Shown: piece after piece, positions 18,418 to 27,952 of the stretch
How the letters are laid out: every line of letters starts with the position of its first letter
Position numbering within the stretch: the first letter of the stretch is position 1
Source of the DNA: a virus
Virus record (IMG/VR): IMGVR_UViG_3300012953_000017
Coordinates: 1 to 64,000 of that record
Reading direction: 5' to 3' (one strand)
Length of the DNA: 64,000 nt
Translations under genes and position numbers: made by a program
The notes under the pieces: generated by a model
Told to the model about the DNA's origin: nothing
Database searches by the model: none
Seen by the model: the letters and a program-made list of their open reading frames with translations, nothing else

Positions 18418-18680
18418 ATGTCATTGCCAAACTTTTTTCGACAGGCGCGCCGAGACTGCTCTTTACGTTTGTCAACATACACGTCATGGCGCCCTCGCCA
18501 TGATGCTAAATCTCCACCTGATGCAAAGTGCGCTTCACGCATATGCCCTTTAACGGCACGGCTAGCCGATAGAATTGCTCTAACCTTCTTCTGTTTGCTC
18601 TTCTTCATCAGCATGCTCCGGCAACTCTTCCCAAGTGCGAAATAAATCATACAGGTCGAGAAGACGACGTGTATCTTCAA
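18411..18680 (-). CDS. small basic hypothetical protein (true start probably MLMKK)
   Basis: REAHFASGG....WRG....DKRKEQSRRACR. Confidence 0.5.
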   Translation of the reverse strand: MKIHVVFSTCMIYFALGKSCRSMLMKKSKQKKVRAILSASRAVKGHMREAHFASGGDLASWRGRHDVYVDKRKEQSRRACRKKFGNDIW

Positions 18681-18984
18681 TTCCTACAGACTGCATATTC
18701 ATAAGAGTTATCATGTTAAACTCGTCAAGATCCATCTTCACTGCGCCGGCGCCCATATCGACAGTGATCGACTTAATACGTGGGATCGTTACGATATCAG
18801 GGCACCCAGTGAGGGATGGATTTTGCATCTTGTCGACAGCTAATTTGGCCTCTTTTAGGCCGCAGCCTACAGCACTCCGAAGCACCTTGATTGCGCCAAT
18901 CTTCTTGCCGTTAGAAAGCTGCTGCTTGACCTCTTTTAGAGTTTCGGGCCTAACACGCAGTTTGATTTGTCCTAGATTAGACAA
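18580..18984 (-). CDS. protein with a ribosomal bL12 C-terminal-like domain
   Basis: KKIGAIKVLRSAVGCGLKEAKLAVD; GAGGAG RBS; promoter at 19011-19039. Confidence 0.7.
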   Translation of the reverse strand: MSNLGQIKLRVRPETLKEVKQQLSNGKKIGAIKVLRSAVGCGLKEAKLAVDKMQNPSLTGCPDIVTIPRIKSITVDMGAGAVKMDLDEFNMITLMNMQSVGIEDTRRLLDLYDLFRTWEELPEHADEEEQTEEG

Positions 18985-19010
18985 GTAAATCTCCTCTTGT
19001 TGATGCTTCT

Positions 19011-19039
19011 ATTATACACCACGCAAAAATAATTTGCAC
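19011..19039 (-). promoter_or_regulatory. promoter GTGCAA-17-TATAAT
   Basis: Matches the recurrent promoter architecture exactly. Confidence 0.7.
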
Positions 19040-19047
19040 TTAGAGGC

Positions 19048-19731
19048 TTACTTTTTTCTGTTACGCCTCTTTGACAACTTTTTCATTTTTGCAAGATTTT
19101 TGTTCTTTGGCTTTGTGGGCCTTTCCATCTTTCGAACAGCGGCTTCGCCATGAACGTCTACAAGACTTTCTCGCCTAATTCTTTCGACTTGGTGCTTCTT
19201 GTCCTTGATTCTCTTTCTAATTTTCTTACGAATACTGTCACTCGCAAATCTACCGATTCTGTCGATAAAGAGGCGCCCATCTAGATGATCGCATTCGTGC
19301 TGAATCGCACCACTAAAAGGCCACTGGGCTGTGAGTTGCTTTTGATTCCCTTTCACATCCTGATAAGACACATTAGCCACAGACTTTCTAGAAACTTCTG
19401 CTGTAAAACCAGGAACTGACAAGCAACCCTCTGTCCAAACAATATCATCTCCTTCCAGGTCCACAACCGGATTGACAAGCACGAGGATGTTGCCGTCCTT
19501 CTCATAAGGATCAGGATTTTGTGCAACAAAGTCGGATGCCTTAACAACGACAACTTTCTGATGCACTCCTATCTGCGGTGCAGCCAATCCTGCACCCATC
19601 TTGACGTAGAGAGTGTCACAGAGATCATCAACCAGCCTTTCTAAAGACTGGTCGAACTTTTCTTCTGGGACAGGCTTTGAAAGCTTTTTAAGCTTTGCAC
19701 TAGGCCATGTCAAAACTGTACGGTTAGCCAT
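19048..19731 (-). CDS. def: peptide deformylase
   Basis: GAGLAAPQIG, EGCLS, QHECDHLDG; long basic C-terminal tail. Confidence 0.95.
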   Translation of the reverse strand: MANRTVLTWPSAKLKKLSKPVPEEKFDQSLERLVDDLCDTLYVKMGAGLAAPQIGVHQKVVVVKASDFVAQNPDPYEKDGNILVLVNPVVDLEGDDIVWTEGCLSVPGFTAEVSRKSVANVSYQDVKGNQKQLTAQWPFSGAIQHECDHLDGRLFIDRIGRFASDSIRKKIRKRIKDKKHQVERIRRESLVDVHGEAAVRKMERPTKPKNKNLAKMKKLSKRRNRKK

Positions 19732-19734
19732 TTA

Positions 19735-19983
19735 TCACTCCACAAAATCTATCGTCAACTTATCTTCAACAGTTCCCAAGATGTTTTCCAGTTCGGCACC
19801 AGAAACCTCACCTAATCCTGACTTGATTTTTGCGATTCTTAATGCTGCTTTAAATACTTTTACATCAAGCTTGTCCTTGTACTCAGCGAACAAGATCTTT
19901 CTGTCTTCTTGCAAAAGCTTAAGTTCGTTCTCAATCTTAAGAAGGCGCTCTACCAACTCCAATACTACTTCTTTAATAGCCAT
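19735..19983 (-). CDS. GapR/DUF2312-like (T4 DsbA-like) DNA-binding protein
   Basis: LVERLLKIENE...L.EDRK..FAE.K...DVK....ALR..K. Confidence 0.6.
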   Translation of the reverse strand: MAIKEVVLELVERLLKIENELKLLQEDRKILFAEYKDKLDVKVFKAALRIAKIKSGLGEVSGAELENILGTVEDKLTIDFVE

Positions 19984-20163
19984 TTACTTCTCCTTTTCTT
20001 CTTTGTTCGGGGCTGAGGATCTAAAATATCCTGCCCAACAGCACAGTGCAGCGACAAAATTAATTGCAGCGTATCCTAGCTGATCTATTACAATGTTGTT
20101 TATAATAAAGACAGTATTTAAGGCGATAAGCACTGCCCAAAAAGCTTGTCCTAAGTTTCTCAT
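19984..20163 (-). CDS. 59-aa two-TM membrane protein (not in the ORF track)
   Basis: MRNLGQAFWAVLIALNTVFIINNIVIDQLGYAAINFVAALCCWAGYFRSSAPNKEEKEK; ATGA-coupled to the upstream gene. Confidence 0.6.
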   Translation of the reverse strand: MRNLGQAFWAVLIALNTVFIINNIVIDQLGYAAINFVAALCCWAGYFRSSAPNKEEKEK

Positions 20164-20411
20164 CGACTCACCATGTCATGGTCCCAAACCAACAACACAT
20201 CCTTGTCAATCAATACATGCCAGCAAGAAGCTTTGTCAGTATGATATCCTACATGTTCTATAGTTAAACCGTGTGTGTTATCCTGAACGTCAAGAGTCTT
20301 GTTATTTGAACCTACAACAGGGTATTTTCCTGGCTTTATTGTTACCAAACCCTGTGCAGGCTCAGTGTTATAGATCGATCTCATCTTTGCACCGATCTGA
20401 CACAATATCAC
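20160..20411 (-). CDS. hypothetical protein
   Basis: ORF in series. Confidence 0.5.
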   Translation of the reverse strand: MILCQIGAKMRSIYNTEPAQGLVTIKPGKYPVVGSNNKTLDVQDNTHGLTIEHVGYHTDKASCWHVLIDKDVLLVWDHDMVSR

Positions 20412-20679
20412 CTACAATCTCAAACATACTTTCTTGAAAGCGAGGATCTTTCGCTGTTCGAGTAATAACATCTTCTGTGGCCTCTTTTCCATACATTGTA
20501 TGGATGGGCTCAGCTAGCTTCTTCATAGCTCGAAGAAAAACATTCCGGGCGGTTGCATGATTCATCTTATAACCTTGCTCGGTCATTGTCTCAGCAATTT
20601 TTCTATAGTCTAGACCGCCATATTCACCACTAACTGTAGCGTATCCATGCTCACTCTTATGTCCTTTCGGCATACTCAT
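20368..20679 (-). CDS. putative HTH protein (sigma region-4-like)
   Basis: LDYRKIAETM.....NHATARNVFLRAMKKL; ATGA-coupled to the sigma gene. Confidence 0.55.
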   Translation of the reverse strand: MSMPKGHKSEHGYATVSGEYGGLDYRKIAETMTEQGYKMNHATARNVFLRAMKKLAEPIHTMYGKEATEDVITRTAKDPRFQESMFEIVGDIVSDRCKDEIDL

Positions 20680-21446
20680 TTTGCACTCCTTTTTTTAAGT
20701 TCTAATACTTTTCCCTTAGTGATCGGATGAACAGTGTGATTATGTGGGTCGTCTGATATTCCGAACCTCAATCGCAGAATTTTCTCTTCACGATCTGTAA
20801 GAGAATTAAATGCGGCACGGACAGCACTTACCACACACTGCCTGTCAATTACGTCGTCTGGTGACACATAATTTTCATCTGGTACTACTTCAGCGAGTGT
20901 TCGACCTGAATCCCCTGAAGAATACCTGACTGGTGTATCCAGAGAAATAGGTGTAGATGAACACCCTAAAATGGATTCCATAGTATCTCTGGTTACGCCT
21001 AACAGTTCAGCTAGCTCTTCAGGTGTGGGTGCAGTTCCAAACTCTTTCTCAAACTCTTCGGAGGCTTGTCTCATCTTCCAAAGCATGTTTTTTGCATAGG
21101 AAGGAAGTCTTATGGCGCTTGAATGAGAAGCAACATGGCGGCGAACAGCCTGCTTAATCCACCAGCATGCGTAAGTTGAAAACTTAAATCCGCGGCGCCA
21201 ATCAAACCTGTCCACAGCTTTAATCAAGCCTATGCTTGACTCTTGAATAAGGTCTTCTAGATCACACCCCTTATTCTGGTACTTCTTTGCAATGCTTATC
21301 GCGAGCCTAAGATTAGACTGAATCATTTTTCGACGTGCATTTTTATCACCCGCCTCTATTCGTTTTGAGAGATCTACTTCTTCTTCACGCGTAAGCAAAT
21401 TGGATTTACCGACTTCAGTGAAAAAATCTTGCAAAGTGCCTGCCAT
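20676..21446 (-). CDS. RNA polymerase sigma-70 factor (RpoD/RpoS-like)
   Basis: LLTREEE..L, NLRLAISIAKKY, DLIQE..IGL.KAVDRFD..RGFKFSTYACWWIKQ, LTDRE..ILRLRFG. Confidence 0.95.
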   Translation of the reverse strand: MAGTLQDFFTEVGKSNLLTREEEVDLSKRIEAGDKNARRKMIQSNLRLAISIAKKYQNKGCDLEDLIQESSIGLIKAVDRFDWRRGFKFSTYACWWIKQAVRRHVASHSSAIRLPSYAKNMLWKMRQASEEFEKEFGTAPTPEELAELLGVTRDTMESILGCSSTPISLDTPVRYSSGDSGRTLAEVVPDENYVSPDDVIDRQCVVSAVRAAFNSLTDREEKILRLRFGISDDPHNHTVHPITKGKVLELKKRSAK

Positions 21447-21471
21447 TTATGGCCTCCTTTGTTGTTTTGTT

Positions 21472-21801
21472 TTAACGATTGTATGATCTAGGTTTAACAG
21501 GTTGAGACTCTTTCTTCTCTTTGCGATACTCACGCTTTCTAGAATCAGAAGAAGATGAAGATCCCCAGGCCTCTCTCCGTTGCCGCTCGTTGTCGAGATA
21601 ACAAAACTCAACCTCAAGAGATATTGTGTCTTCACCTCGCTTTCGTGCTTCTCGAATGTTCGATCGCATTTGGTTGACGGCGAAAAATAGCTCTTTATCA
21701 GTAAAGGCCATAATCTCGTCTCGTGAATAGGTCCTGTATTTCTTGTAACTCTTGTCGGACATTGAACTCCTCCTGTGTGTATTAAATTGAATCATGTCCA
21801 T
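21472..21801 (-). CDS. hypothetical protein (start probably MSDKS)
   Basis: AGGAGGAG RBS before MSDKS. Confidence 0.6.
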   Translation of the reverse strand: MDMIQFNTHRRSSMSDKSYKKYRTYSRDEIMAFTDKELFFAVNQMRSNIREARKRGEDTISLEVEFCYLDNERQRREAWGSSSSSDSRKREYRKEKKESQPVKPRSYNR

Positions 21802-21844
21802 AATAAGTTCGAATAAATAGCTAACAGCTTATAATATAGTAATC

Positions 21845-22300
21845 CTATTTTGTCAAAAGTACACCTTCTAAAGTATTTAAAGAAACATTATCAATCATGC
21901 GATGATTTTCGCCGCACGTAATTAGAACAGCATCACACTTTTCGATCAGTCTAATACTGTCTTCGTGAGAAACTATTTTGTCTTCTTCAGCGTGAAGAAC
22001 TGTGACGTCTTGTAGGTTTTCTGGCACAGTTACGTTAAAATGCTTCCATGCAGGACACATCAACACTAACTTTGTATCAGGGTTTGCAGATGCAAGAGCA
22101 ACAGCGCCACCTCTGCTCGAGCCAACAACTACATCAGGTTGGTGTATCTGAATTGCATCTTTTGCGATATTGATTGACATATCAAAGCTTTCATCAGGCA
22201 GATGAGGATTAATAACATCATATCCTAAGCTTTGCAAAAACTTAGGTTTTGTTCCGCCCGGTTTCGATCCTCTGCCGTGCAAATAAAGAATTTTCTTCAA
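21845..22300 (-). CDS. alpha/beta hydrolase (YqiA-like esterase)
   Basis: LYLHG, GSSRGG nucleophile elbow, LHAEED.IV, NHR. Confidence 0.85.
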   Translation of the reverse strand: MKKILYLHGRGSKPGGTKPKFLQSLGYDVINPHLPDESFDMSINIAKDAIQIHQPDVVVGSSRGGAVALASANPDTKLVLMCPAWKHFNVTVPENLQDVTVLHAEEDKIVSHEDSIRLIEKCDAVLITCGENHRMIDNVSLNTLEGVLLTK

Positions 22301-22323
22301 GTCCTACCTCCGAGTACATGTTT

Positions 22324-22352
22324 ATTATACAACAGTTTGACAAGACTTGCAC
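22324..22352 (-). promoter_or_regulatory. promoter GTGCAA-17-TATAAT
   Basis: Matches the recurrent promoter architecture exactly. Confidence 0.7.
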
Positions 22353-22363
22353 AAGTTTTGTTA

Positions 22364-23989
22364 TTAAAATGACATTAATGTGGAATCTGAAGTGTTGCTT
22401 TCTTCATCATGCGCCATAGCACAGCCTACAGAAAGTAAGTTACACGCTGCACTGGCCGCATGCTGTAACGCAGAACGGACGACTTTAAGTGGGTCAATAA
22501 TCCCTGAGTCAAACATGTCCACGTATTTTTCATTTCTCGCGTCGTAGCCTTTAGTCCCTTTTAGTCGAATGACTTTTTCTAAGACAACCTCAGACACACC
22601 TCCAGAGTTCTTAACAATCTGGAGTAAAGGTGCTTCACAAGCCCGTCGGACGATTTCCAGCCCTACATTCTCATCTGTGTTCGCTTTTTTCTTAATTTCT
22701 CTTTCTAAGCATTTTGAAGATCTCACTAATGATACACCGCCGCCTGGGACAATGCCTTCGTCGATTGCAGCTTGTGTCGCATGTAATGCATCTTCGACTC
22801 TGTCTTTTCGCTCTCTTAGTTCAGTTTCAGTCGACCCACCTACCTTCAGTATTGCTACGCCGCCGGAAAGAGTTGTGATTCTTCGTTTAAGTGCTTCTAT
22901 CTCAGGCTGCAGAAGTGTTGGATCTTTCAGGCGTTCCTTCACAGAAAGAAGTCTAGACTCTACTTTTTCAGAGTCGGCCTTGCTACTAATAAATGTTGTT
23001 TTATTTTTTGTTACTATTGCACGCTTGCACTTTCCAAAATATTTTTCATCAACGTTAATTTCTCCAGAAGACACATCGTCATAAACTTCGCATCCAAGAA
23101 TTGCAGCGAGGTCTCCGAGGGCACTAATTTGCGCAGTACCAAACTCCGGAGACTTTATTGCGCAGACATTTAATGTCCCTTTGAGCTTATTAACAACTAG
23201 ACCTTGCAGTGCTTCGCCATCGACGTCGCTGCAGACCAAGAGCAATGTTTTTTGCTCTGAGTGTACATGTTCTAGAAGAGGCAGGACCTCTTTGAGCGCA
23301 CTAATTTTTTTGCTACAAAGAAAGACACATGGATTTTCTAGAGTAGAAATCATCTTGTCATTATCAGTTATAAAATAAGGAGACAGATAACCTCTTTCTA
23401 TCTCTGTCCCATCGACAACTTCAAGAGTTGTATCAAATCCCTTTGCCTCCTCGATGGTGATGACTCCGTCACGTCCAACTTCGCCCATCGCCTTACACAA
23501 AAACTCGCCTATTTCTGATTCTCCATTTGCTGAAATAGTTCCAATCTGGACAATCTCAGATTCACTAGTTACAGGAACAGATAAAGCCTGTAGATCTTTG
23601 ACAACTAGATCCACACCTTTCATGATACCTCTTGTAATATCAGTAGAATTGTATCCCGATGCTATCATTTTCAAGCCTTCTCTGTATAGAGACTGTGCTA
23701 ATACAGTTGCTGTTGTGGTACCGTCGCCTGCAACTTCGGCGCTTCTCTGTGCTGCTTCTTTTACCATTTGCGCGCCCAGATTTTGAAATCGCGCGCGAAG
23801 ATTGATCGCTCTAGCAACAGTCACGCCGTCTTTTGTCAAGTGAGGCGGTTGACCTAATCGCTCAATTACTACGTTCTGGCCTCGAGGTCCCATTGTCACT
23901 TTTACAGCGTCAGCAAGAGTCTCTACACCTTGTAAAATTTTATCTCGAGCTTCGTCGCCAAAAACTAGCTCTTTTGTTTCTTCAGGCAT
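22364..23989 (-). CDS. groEL: chaperonin GroEL
   Basis: VTMGPRG, TKDGVTVA, GDGTTTATVLA, GIVPGGG, GIIDP.KV. Confidence 0.97.
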   Translation of the reverse strand: MPEETKELVFGDEARDKILQGVETLADAVKVTMGPRGQNVVIERLGQPPHLTKDGVTVARAINLRARFQNLGAQMVKEAAQRSAEVAGDGTTTATVLAQSLYREGLKMIASGYNSTDITRGIMKGVDLVVKDLQALSVPVTSESEIVQIGTISANGESEIGEFLCKAMGEVGRDGVITIEEAKGFDTTLEVVDGTEIERGYLSPYFITDNDKMISTLENPCVFLCSKKISALKEVLPLLEHVHSEQKTLLLVCSDVDGEALQGLVVNKLKGTLNVCAIKSPEFGTAQISALGDLAAILGCEVYDDVSSGEINVDEKYFGKCKRAIVTKNKTTFISSKADSEKVESRLLSVKERLKDPTLLQPEIEALKRRITTLSGGVAILKVGGSTETELRERKDRVEDALHATQAAIDEGIVPGGGVSLVRSSKCLEREIKKKANTDENVGLEIVRRACEAPLLQIVKNSGGVSEVVLEKVIRLKGTKGYDARNEKYVDMFDSGIIDPLKVVRSALQHAASAACNLLSVGCAMAHDEESNTSDSTLMSF

Positions 23990-24014
23990 TTTTATCCCTT
24001 TGACAATACCATGG

Positions 24015-24203
24015 TTAGCCTCTCAAAAGAGACCTTTTTGACTCTAAAATTAAGCCAGCGGTTTCAATGACTCTTCTCTCTTTGGTTAAGACATTTTCCG
24101 CGACGACCACATCTCCTACGAGAAGTGCAACTTCATTTTGTTCAATTTTACCAGACGCCCTTAGCTTTTGTAAATCAGCATCTGAAACAGTCTTTTCTGA
24201 CAT
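24015..24203 (-). CDS. hypothetical protein
   Basis: AAGGAG RBS. Confidence 0.6.
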   Translation of the reverse strand: MSEKTVSDADLQKLRASGKIEQNEVALLVGDVVVAENVLTKERRVIETAGLILESKRSLLRG

Positions 24204-24205
24204 TT

Positions 24206-25327
24206 TTAGTCTCCTTTATTTTGGTTGTTAATCCACGAAGAAAGTTGTTCAGGTGATATCATGTTCATAATTTCTTTTCTTCTTGTGTCATAGTATTCAT
24301 ATGACAATTCAAATTCTAACTCTTTTGGGGAGTAGATCGCCTGCTTTCCTTTTCTTATTATCCCACATCCCTGGTCAGTGTTAATACAGACCATGTTTAA
24401 ATCTGCACGGGTTGATCTTAGTGCCGCAAATGCTTTCCAACAGTCTCCATTTGATTCGGGCGGAAAAGCTTGCGAAAACCAGTTTTTAGGATTAAGGTCA
24501 TGAACGACTATTGTACCCCCATCTGATAAAATGTTAAGTGAGTTATCAATATCCTTCTTGACCTGTTGATACGTGTGTAGTCCGTCAATAAAAATTATGT
24601 CAAACGTATATTGAGGATTCTTTTGGCTTTTAGCCTCAAAAAACTCATCAGAAGTTTGACATAACATGGTTTCGTTTTCGTAAAGAACAAAAGCGTTGCT
24701 ATCAAGTACTAGCGACGGCTCTATTACGGTTTTTCTGTCACATTCTATAGACTTAAAGTTTTTTCCATCTCCTAAGCCTATCTCGAGGTAATTTTTGTAC
24801 TCAAATCTGTCTATTAACTCTTGAATTATCTCTGTTCTTGTCATTGATGACAATTCGTGTGAAGGTGCGATAACCTCTTGATAATACGTTTTGTCGTCGT
24901 ACTTATTAAAGTATCCTATCTTGGTCAAAACTGTTTTGCCTCCCCAGAGGTGTACACAGCTCCTCGCAATATGAATGATTGTGTTGACCATGTGCTGTTG
25001 CCAGCTGTCGGTCGAAGGGTCATGACCTGTGTCAATTAAATAGGACGACCAATTATCAACTAAGGACTTTGTATTCTTTATGAGAAATACATGATCGTAA
25101 GCTGCTAGAGGTTCCCAATTTGGTTGGACTTCAACCATTCCATTGGCGCTGTTTAGAAAGTTAAAAAGATCAATTGCAACATCCGATTGCAACTGTAATG
25201 ACTCAACAACTGCAGCCTTTGGCGGTTTAAAACAAAACATCAGGGCGAATCCTCCTGGGCGGGCGGATTCCCAAAGGACTGTGTCGATAATGTCAACGTA
25301 TCTTGTAAATTCTTTGTCTTCTTTCAA
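24206..25327 (-). CDS. class I SAM-dependent methyltransferase (Methyltransf_24-like C-terminal domain)
   Basis: YLEIG, TSDEFF, FDIIFIDGLHTY.QV..DI.N....L..GG.IVVHD. Confidence 0.8.
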   Translation of the reverse strand: MKEDKEFTRYVDIIDTVLWESARPGGFALMFCFKPPKAAVVESLQLQSDVAIDLFNFLNSANGMVEVQPNWEPLAAYDHVFLIKNTKSLVDNWSSYLIDTGHDPSTDSWQQHMVNTIIHIARSCVHLWGGKTVLTKIGYFNKYDDKTYYQEVIAPSHELSSMTRTEIIQELIDRFEYKNYLEIGLGDGKNFKSIECDRKTVIEPSLVLDSNAFVLYENETMLCQTSDEFFEAKSQKNPQYTFDIIFIDGLHTYQQVKKDIDNSLNILSDGGTIVVHDLNPKNWFSQAFPPESNGDCWKAFAALRSTRADLNMVCINTDQGCGIIRKGKQAIYSPKELEFELSYEYYDTRRKEIMNMISPEQLSSWINNQNKGD

Positions 25328-25351
25328 GCTACGACCTCTGACTGAGTAAAA

Positions 25352-26173
25352 TTAGTCTCGATCAATAAAAGTGTCTCTAAATTTTATCCAAGATTTTTCT
25401 TCTGTAATCGTCTTAAATCCCATCTGATTAAAATATGCTCTCACAGCTTCCCAATCCATTTCGGGTGTTGATCTCTCAATCTTTTGAAGACCTTCGCCTA
25501 AGTCATGAAACCTTATTAAAGACATGTTCTTGTTAAAAGTCTGTCGATTATCCGCCTTGTCTAGAAACTCTTCTAAAAGCGCTTTGTCAGATACAAGCTT
25601 TTGAGCGCGCTTGTCACCCACACCTTTAAATCCGGGAATATTATCCGCTGGGTCGCCTCTAAGCGATTTCCAAGTCACATAATCAACCTGAGGTTTTTCC
25701 AAAACTTTTTTACGAATAGGATTGTATATTTCAATATTTTTATGCTGATCATACAGCTGTAAAAAGTCAGTGTCTGAAGATACTACGGTACATTTGTCAT
25801 TTTTATGCAAAGACGTCGCGATGGCTGCTAACACATCGTCGCATTCATATCTTGGGTGGCGTACAACATTGATCGGAAATCTTCGCCTGAGAAGATTGAT
25901 GATGATGTCTTTTTGTCGCTGGAATCCGTCTGTATCATGATAGACTCTTTGTGCCTTATAACCTTCAAATTGTTCAATTCTGTCTACAGGTTTTCCTTCC
26001 AGCACAAAGTAAGCTGTGTCAGGATCAAACTTTTCAATAATCGCTCGAAAACTTCTAAAGAAGTTGTATACAATAGCATACTCACTTCCTGTAAAGCCGC
26101 TACGAGCTCGATAAAGCAAGTTGTAACCATCTAAAAGTAGGACCTTATTCACTCTCACCTCCAATTGCTCCAA
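25352..26173 (-). CDS. 5'-3' exonuclease / flap endonuclease (T4 RNase H / PolI N-terminal type)
   Basis: LLDGYNL, YKAQR, ECDD, SSDTDFLQ, GDPADNIPG..GVG.K.A. Confidence 0.92.
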   Translation of the reverse strand: MEQLEVRVNKVLLLDGYNLLYRARSGFTGSEYAIVYNFFRSFRAIIEKFDPDTAYFVLEGKPVDRIEQFEGYKAQRVYHDTDGFQRQKDIIINLLRRRFPINVVRHPRYECDDVLAAIATSLHKNDKCTVVSSDTDFLQLYDQHKNIEIYNPIRKKVLEKPQVDYVTWKSLRGDPADNIPGFKGVGDKRAQKLVSDKALLEEFLDKADNRQTFNKNMSLIRFHDLGEGLQKIERSTPEMDWEAVRAYFNQMGFKTITEEKSWIKFRDTFIDRD

Positions 26174-26579
26174 TTGATGACAGATCTACATTAGCAAGCA
26201 CGCCGCCGCCCAGGTCGACCTTTGCAGGGTCTTCACCCAATGATTTAGGGGATGTCAATTTAGGAATAACAACCGATGCTTCGGATTCTTCAGCGGCTTG
26301 AAAAAATTCTTTAGCTATTGACTTAGCTTTTTCTGCCATAGAAGAGATCGCATTTTCTGCATTTGAAAGAAGCTCTCTTTTGACATCTTCAATGGAAGAG
26401 TAATGAACTTTGCCTAGGCTGGCGAGACTTACAGTTTGGTTTTGACCCGGCACTAATACCTTGTATGATATACTTTCACCTTCAACAGTTCGACGAACTA
26501 TTTGTTCTGTCACTCGAACTGGAAGAATCGTGTGTTTTTTAGATAAGATGACGTAAAGCACTTGACCAACATCGTACAT
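26145..26579 (-). CDS. hypothetical protein
   Basis: GGAGG RBS. Confidence 0.65.
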   Translation of the reverse strand: MYDVGQVLYVILSKKHTILPVRVTEQIVRRTVEGESISYKVLVPGQNQTVSLASLGKVHYSSIEDVKRELLSNAENAISSMAEKAKSIAKEFFQAAEESEASVVIPKLTSPKSLGEDPAKVDLGGGVLANVDLSSIGAIGGESE

Positions 26580-26640
26580 GAAACCTCCACAATAGAATCT
26601 AGCTAAATTCTATCATGCCGACACGGATCTGTACAATGGA

Positions 26641-27186
26641 TTATTTAAAACCTGGCCCAGTAAATCCAAGAGTAGGCGACCACCTTTTCGGGGTTGAACG
26701 CTTAACAGTCGATGAAGAAAATCCCATGGCATCAGCGACGGATTTGCTTTTTTGTGCTCGAGCGACTTGTCGATCATCTCTTTTAGAAATTTCTTCAGAA
26801 ACTATTTGACGAACCTCGGTTCTAATAATTCTTCGTAACCTTTCCTCTAGGGGCTCTTCCATTTCGGGATCGACTGAAGCAGCTGACATATCATCAGCAA
26901 CAACTTCTTCAGGACCCGGGACGTCTGGTGCAGCAGCTTCGGGGGAGGCGTCGCCAGCAGAAGCACCGGCGGCCATGCCTGGCAGAGTCTCGACTTCTAC
27001 TTCATCAGCTGGAATGTCAGAAACTAGCTGATCTACCATCGCCTGTTCTTCTTCATTCTCAGGTGAAAGAACAATTTTTGTCTCCATTTCTTGGAGCTTT
27101 TTGTATCTATAGTCAGTGTGTGATCTCACACCGGCCAAAACTTCAAATCTATCAGGGTCAAAACGCATCATTGGTCTCCTGTTCAA
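26641..27186 (-). CDS. acidic hypothetical protein (RFEVLAGV and LRRIIRTE motifs), possibly virion/scaffold-like
   Basis: Recurrent motif; ATACTTA upstream (27191-27197). Confidence 0.65.
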   Translation of the reverse strand: MNRRPMMRFDPDRFEVLAGVRSHTDYRYKKLQEMETKIVLSPENEEEQAMVDQLVSDIPADEVEVETLPGMAAGASAGDASPEAAAPDVPGPEEVVADDMSAASVDPEMEEPLEERLRRIIRTEVRQIVSEEISKRDDRQVARAQKSKSVADAMGFSSSTVKRSTPKRWSPTLGFTGPGFK

Positions 27187-27208
27187 TGAATAAGTATGTG
27201 TTTATCAA

Positions 27209-27859
27209 TTAAACTTCCTCAAGGGAAATTTCATACTTTTCATCGGTGCTTTTCCAGTATTCTAGACTCTTTTGAATCTTTTTTAAAATATAAGGAGGAT
27301 TCTTTTCCTCCAGCTTTTGATTTAGTCTCTTGATGTGTCTTGAATTAAGAGAATTTACTTCACCTAAGAGGACATTGCACTTTTTCATCCCTTTATGCTT
27401 AAACATTGAGACTTTTCCTCTAGCACCAGAAGAGAGAGGGCGAAAATCTTCTACAGTAAGCCCTAAGAAGTGAAGCACAGCAAACTTCTTAAAATCATGA
27501 TCTGCAATGACATACAGATAATCCAATGATCCTTTTGCCTGAAGTGTTTCGAAGTCTGACTGAAAACTTATCGCTCCGGACTTGTGTCGGCTGGTAAGTT
27601 TACACTCCAGCTCTTTATCTAGAGCTTCAATGACAATGTCAGGTTGACCGGTTTTGCCGTCTTCCTTGACACCTTCGTAAAATTTGGAAAGAACTTGAGC
27701 AAAAAACTTCTCCTGTGATTGTGACATCACAATATTTCGTCTTCCGAGATTGTCTAAAAGGTCCATGTTGTGCTTGTTGTACACAGCAACAACATCTTCG
27801 TGAAAAGTCTTCATTGAAGTTATTGCTTCTTTTGCCATTTTAGGCGTAAGGTATTGCAT
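27209..27859 (-). CDS. putative PD-(D/E)xK endonuclease
   Basis: GQPDIVI....ELECK; own promoter GTGTAA-17-TATAAT at 27901-27929. Confidence 0.55.
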   Translation of the reverse strand: MQYLTPKMAKEAITSMKTFHEDVVAVYNKHNMDLLDNLGRRNIVMSQSQEKFFAQVLSKFYEGVKEDGKTGQPDIVIEALDKELECKLTSRHKSGAISFQSDFETLQAKGSLDYLYVIADHDFKKFAVLHFLGLTVEDFRPLSSGARGKVSMFKHKGMKKCNVLLGEVNSLNSRHIKRLNQKLEEKNPPYILKKIQKSLEYWKSTDEKYEISLEEV

Positions 27860-27900
27860 AAGTGTCTCCTTTTCTTGGGCGCAAATCTAAAAACACTACT

Positions 27901-27929
27901 ATTATACCCTAAAAAAGAAATATTTACAC
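27901..27929 (-). promoter_or_regulatory. promoter GTGTAA-17-TATAAT
   Basis: Recurrent promoter architecture. Confidence 0.65.
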
Positions 27930-27952
27930 TTAATCAAGCAACAAACAACAAG

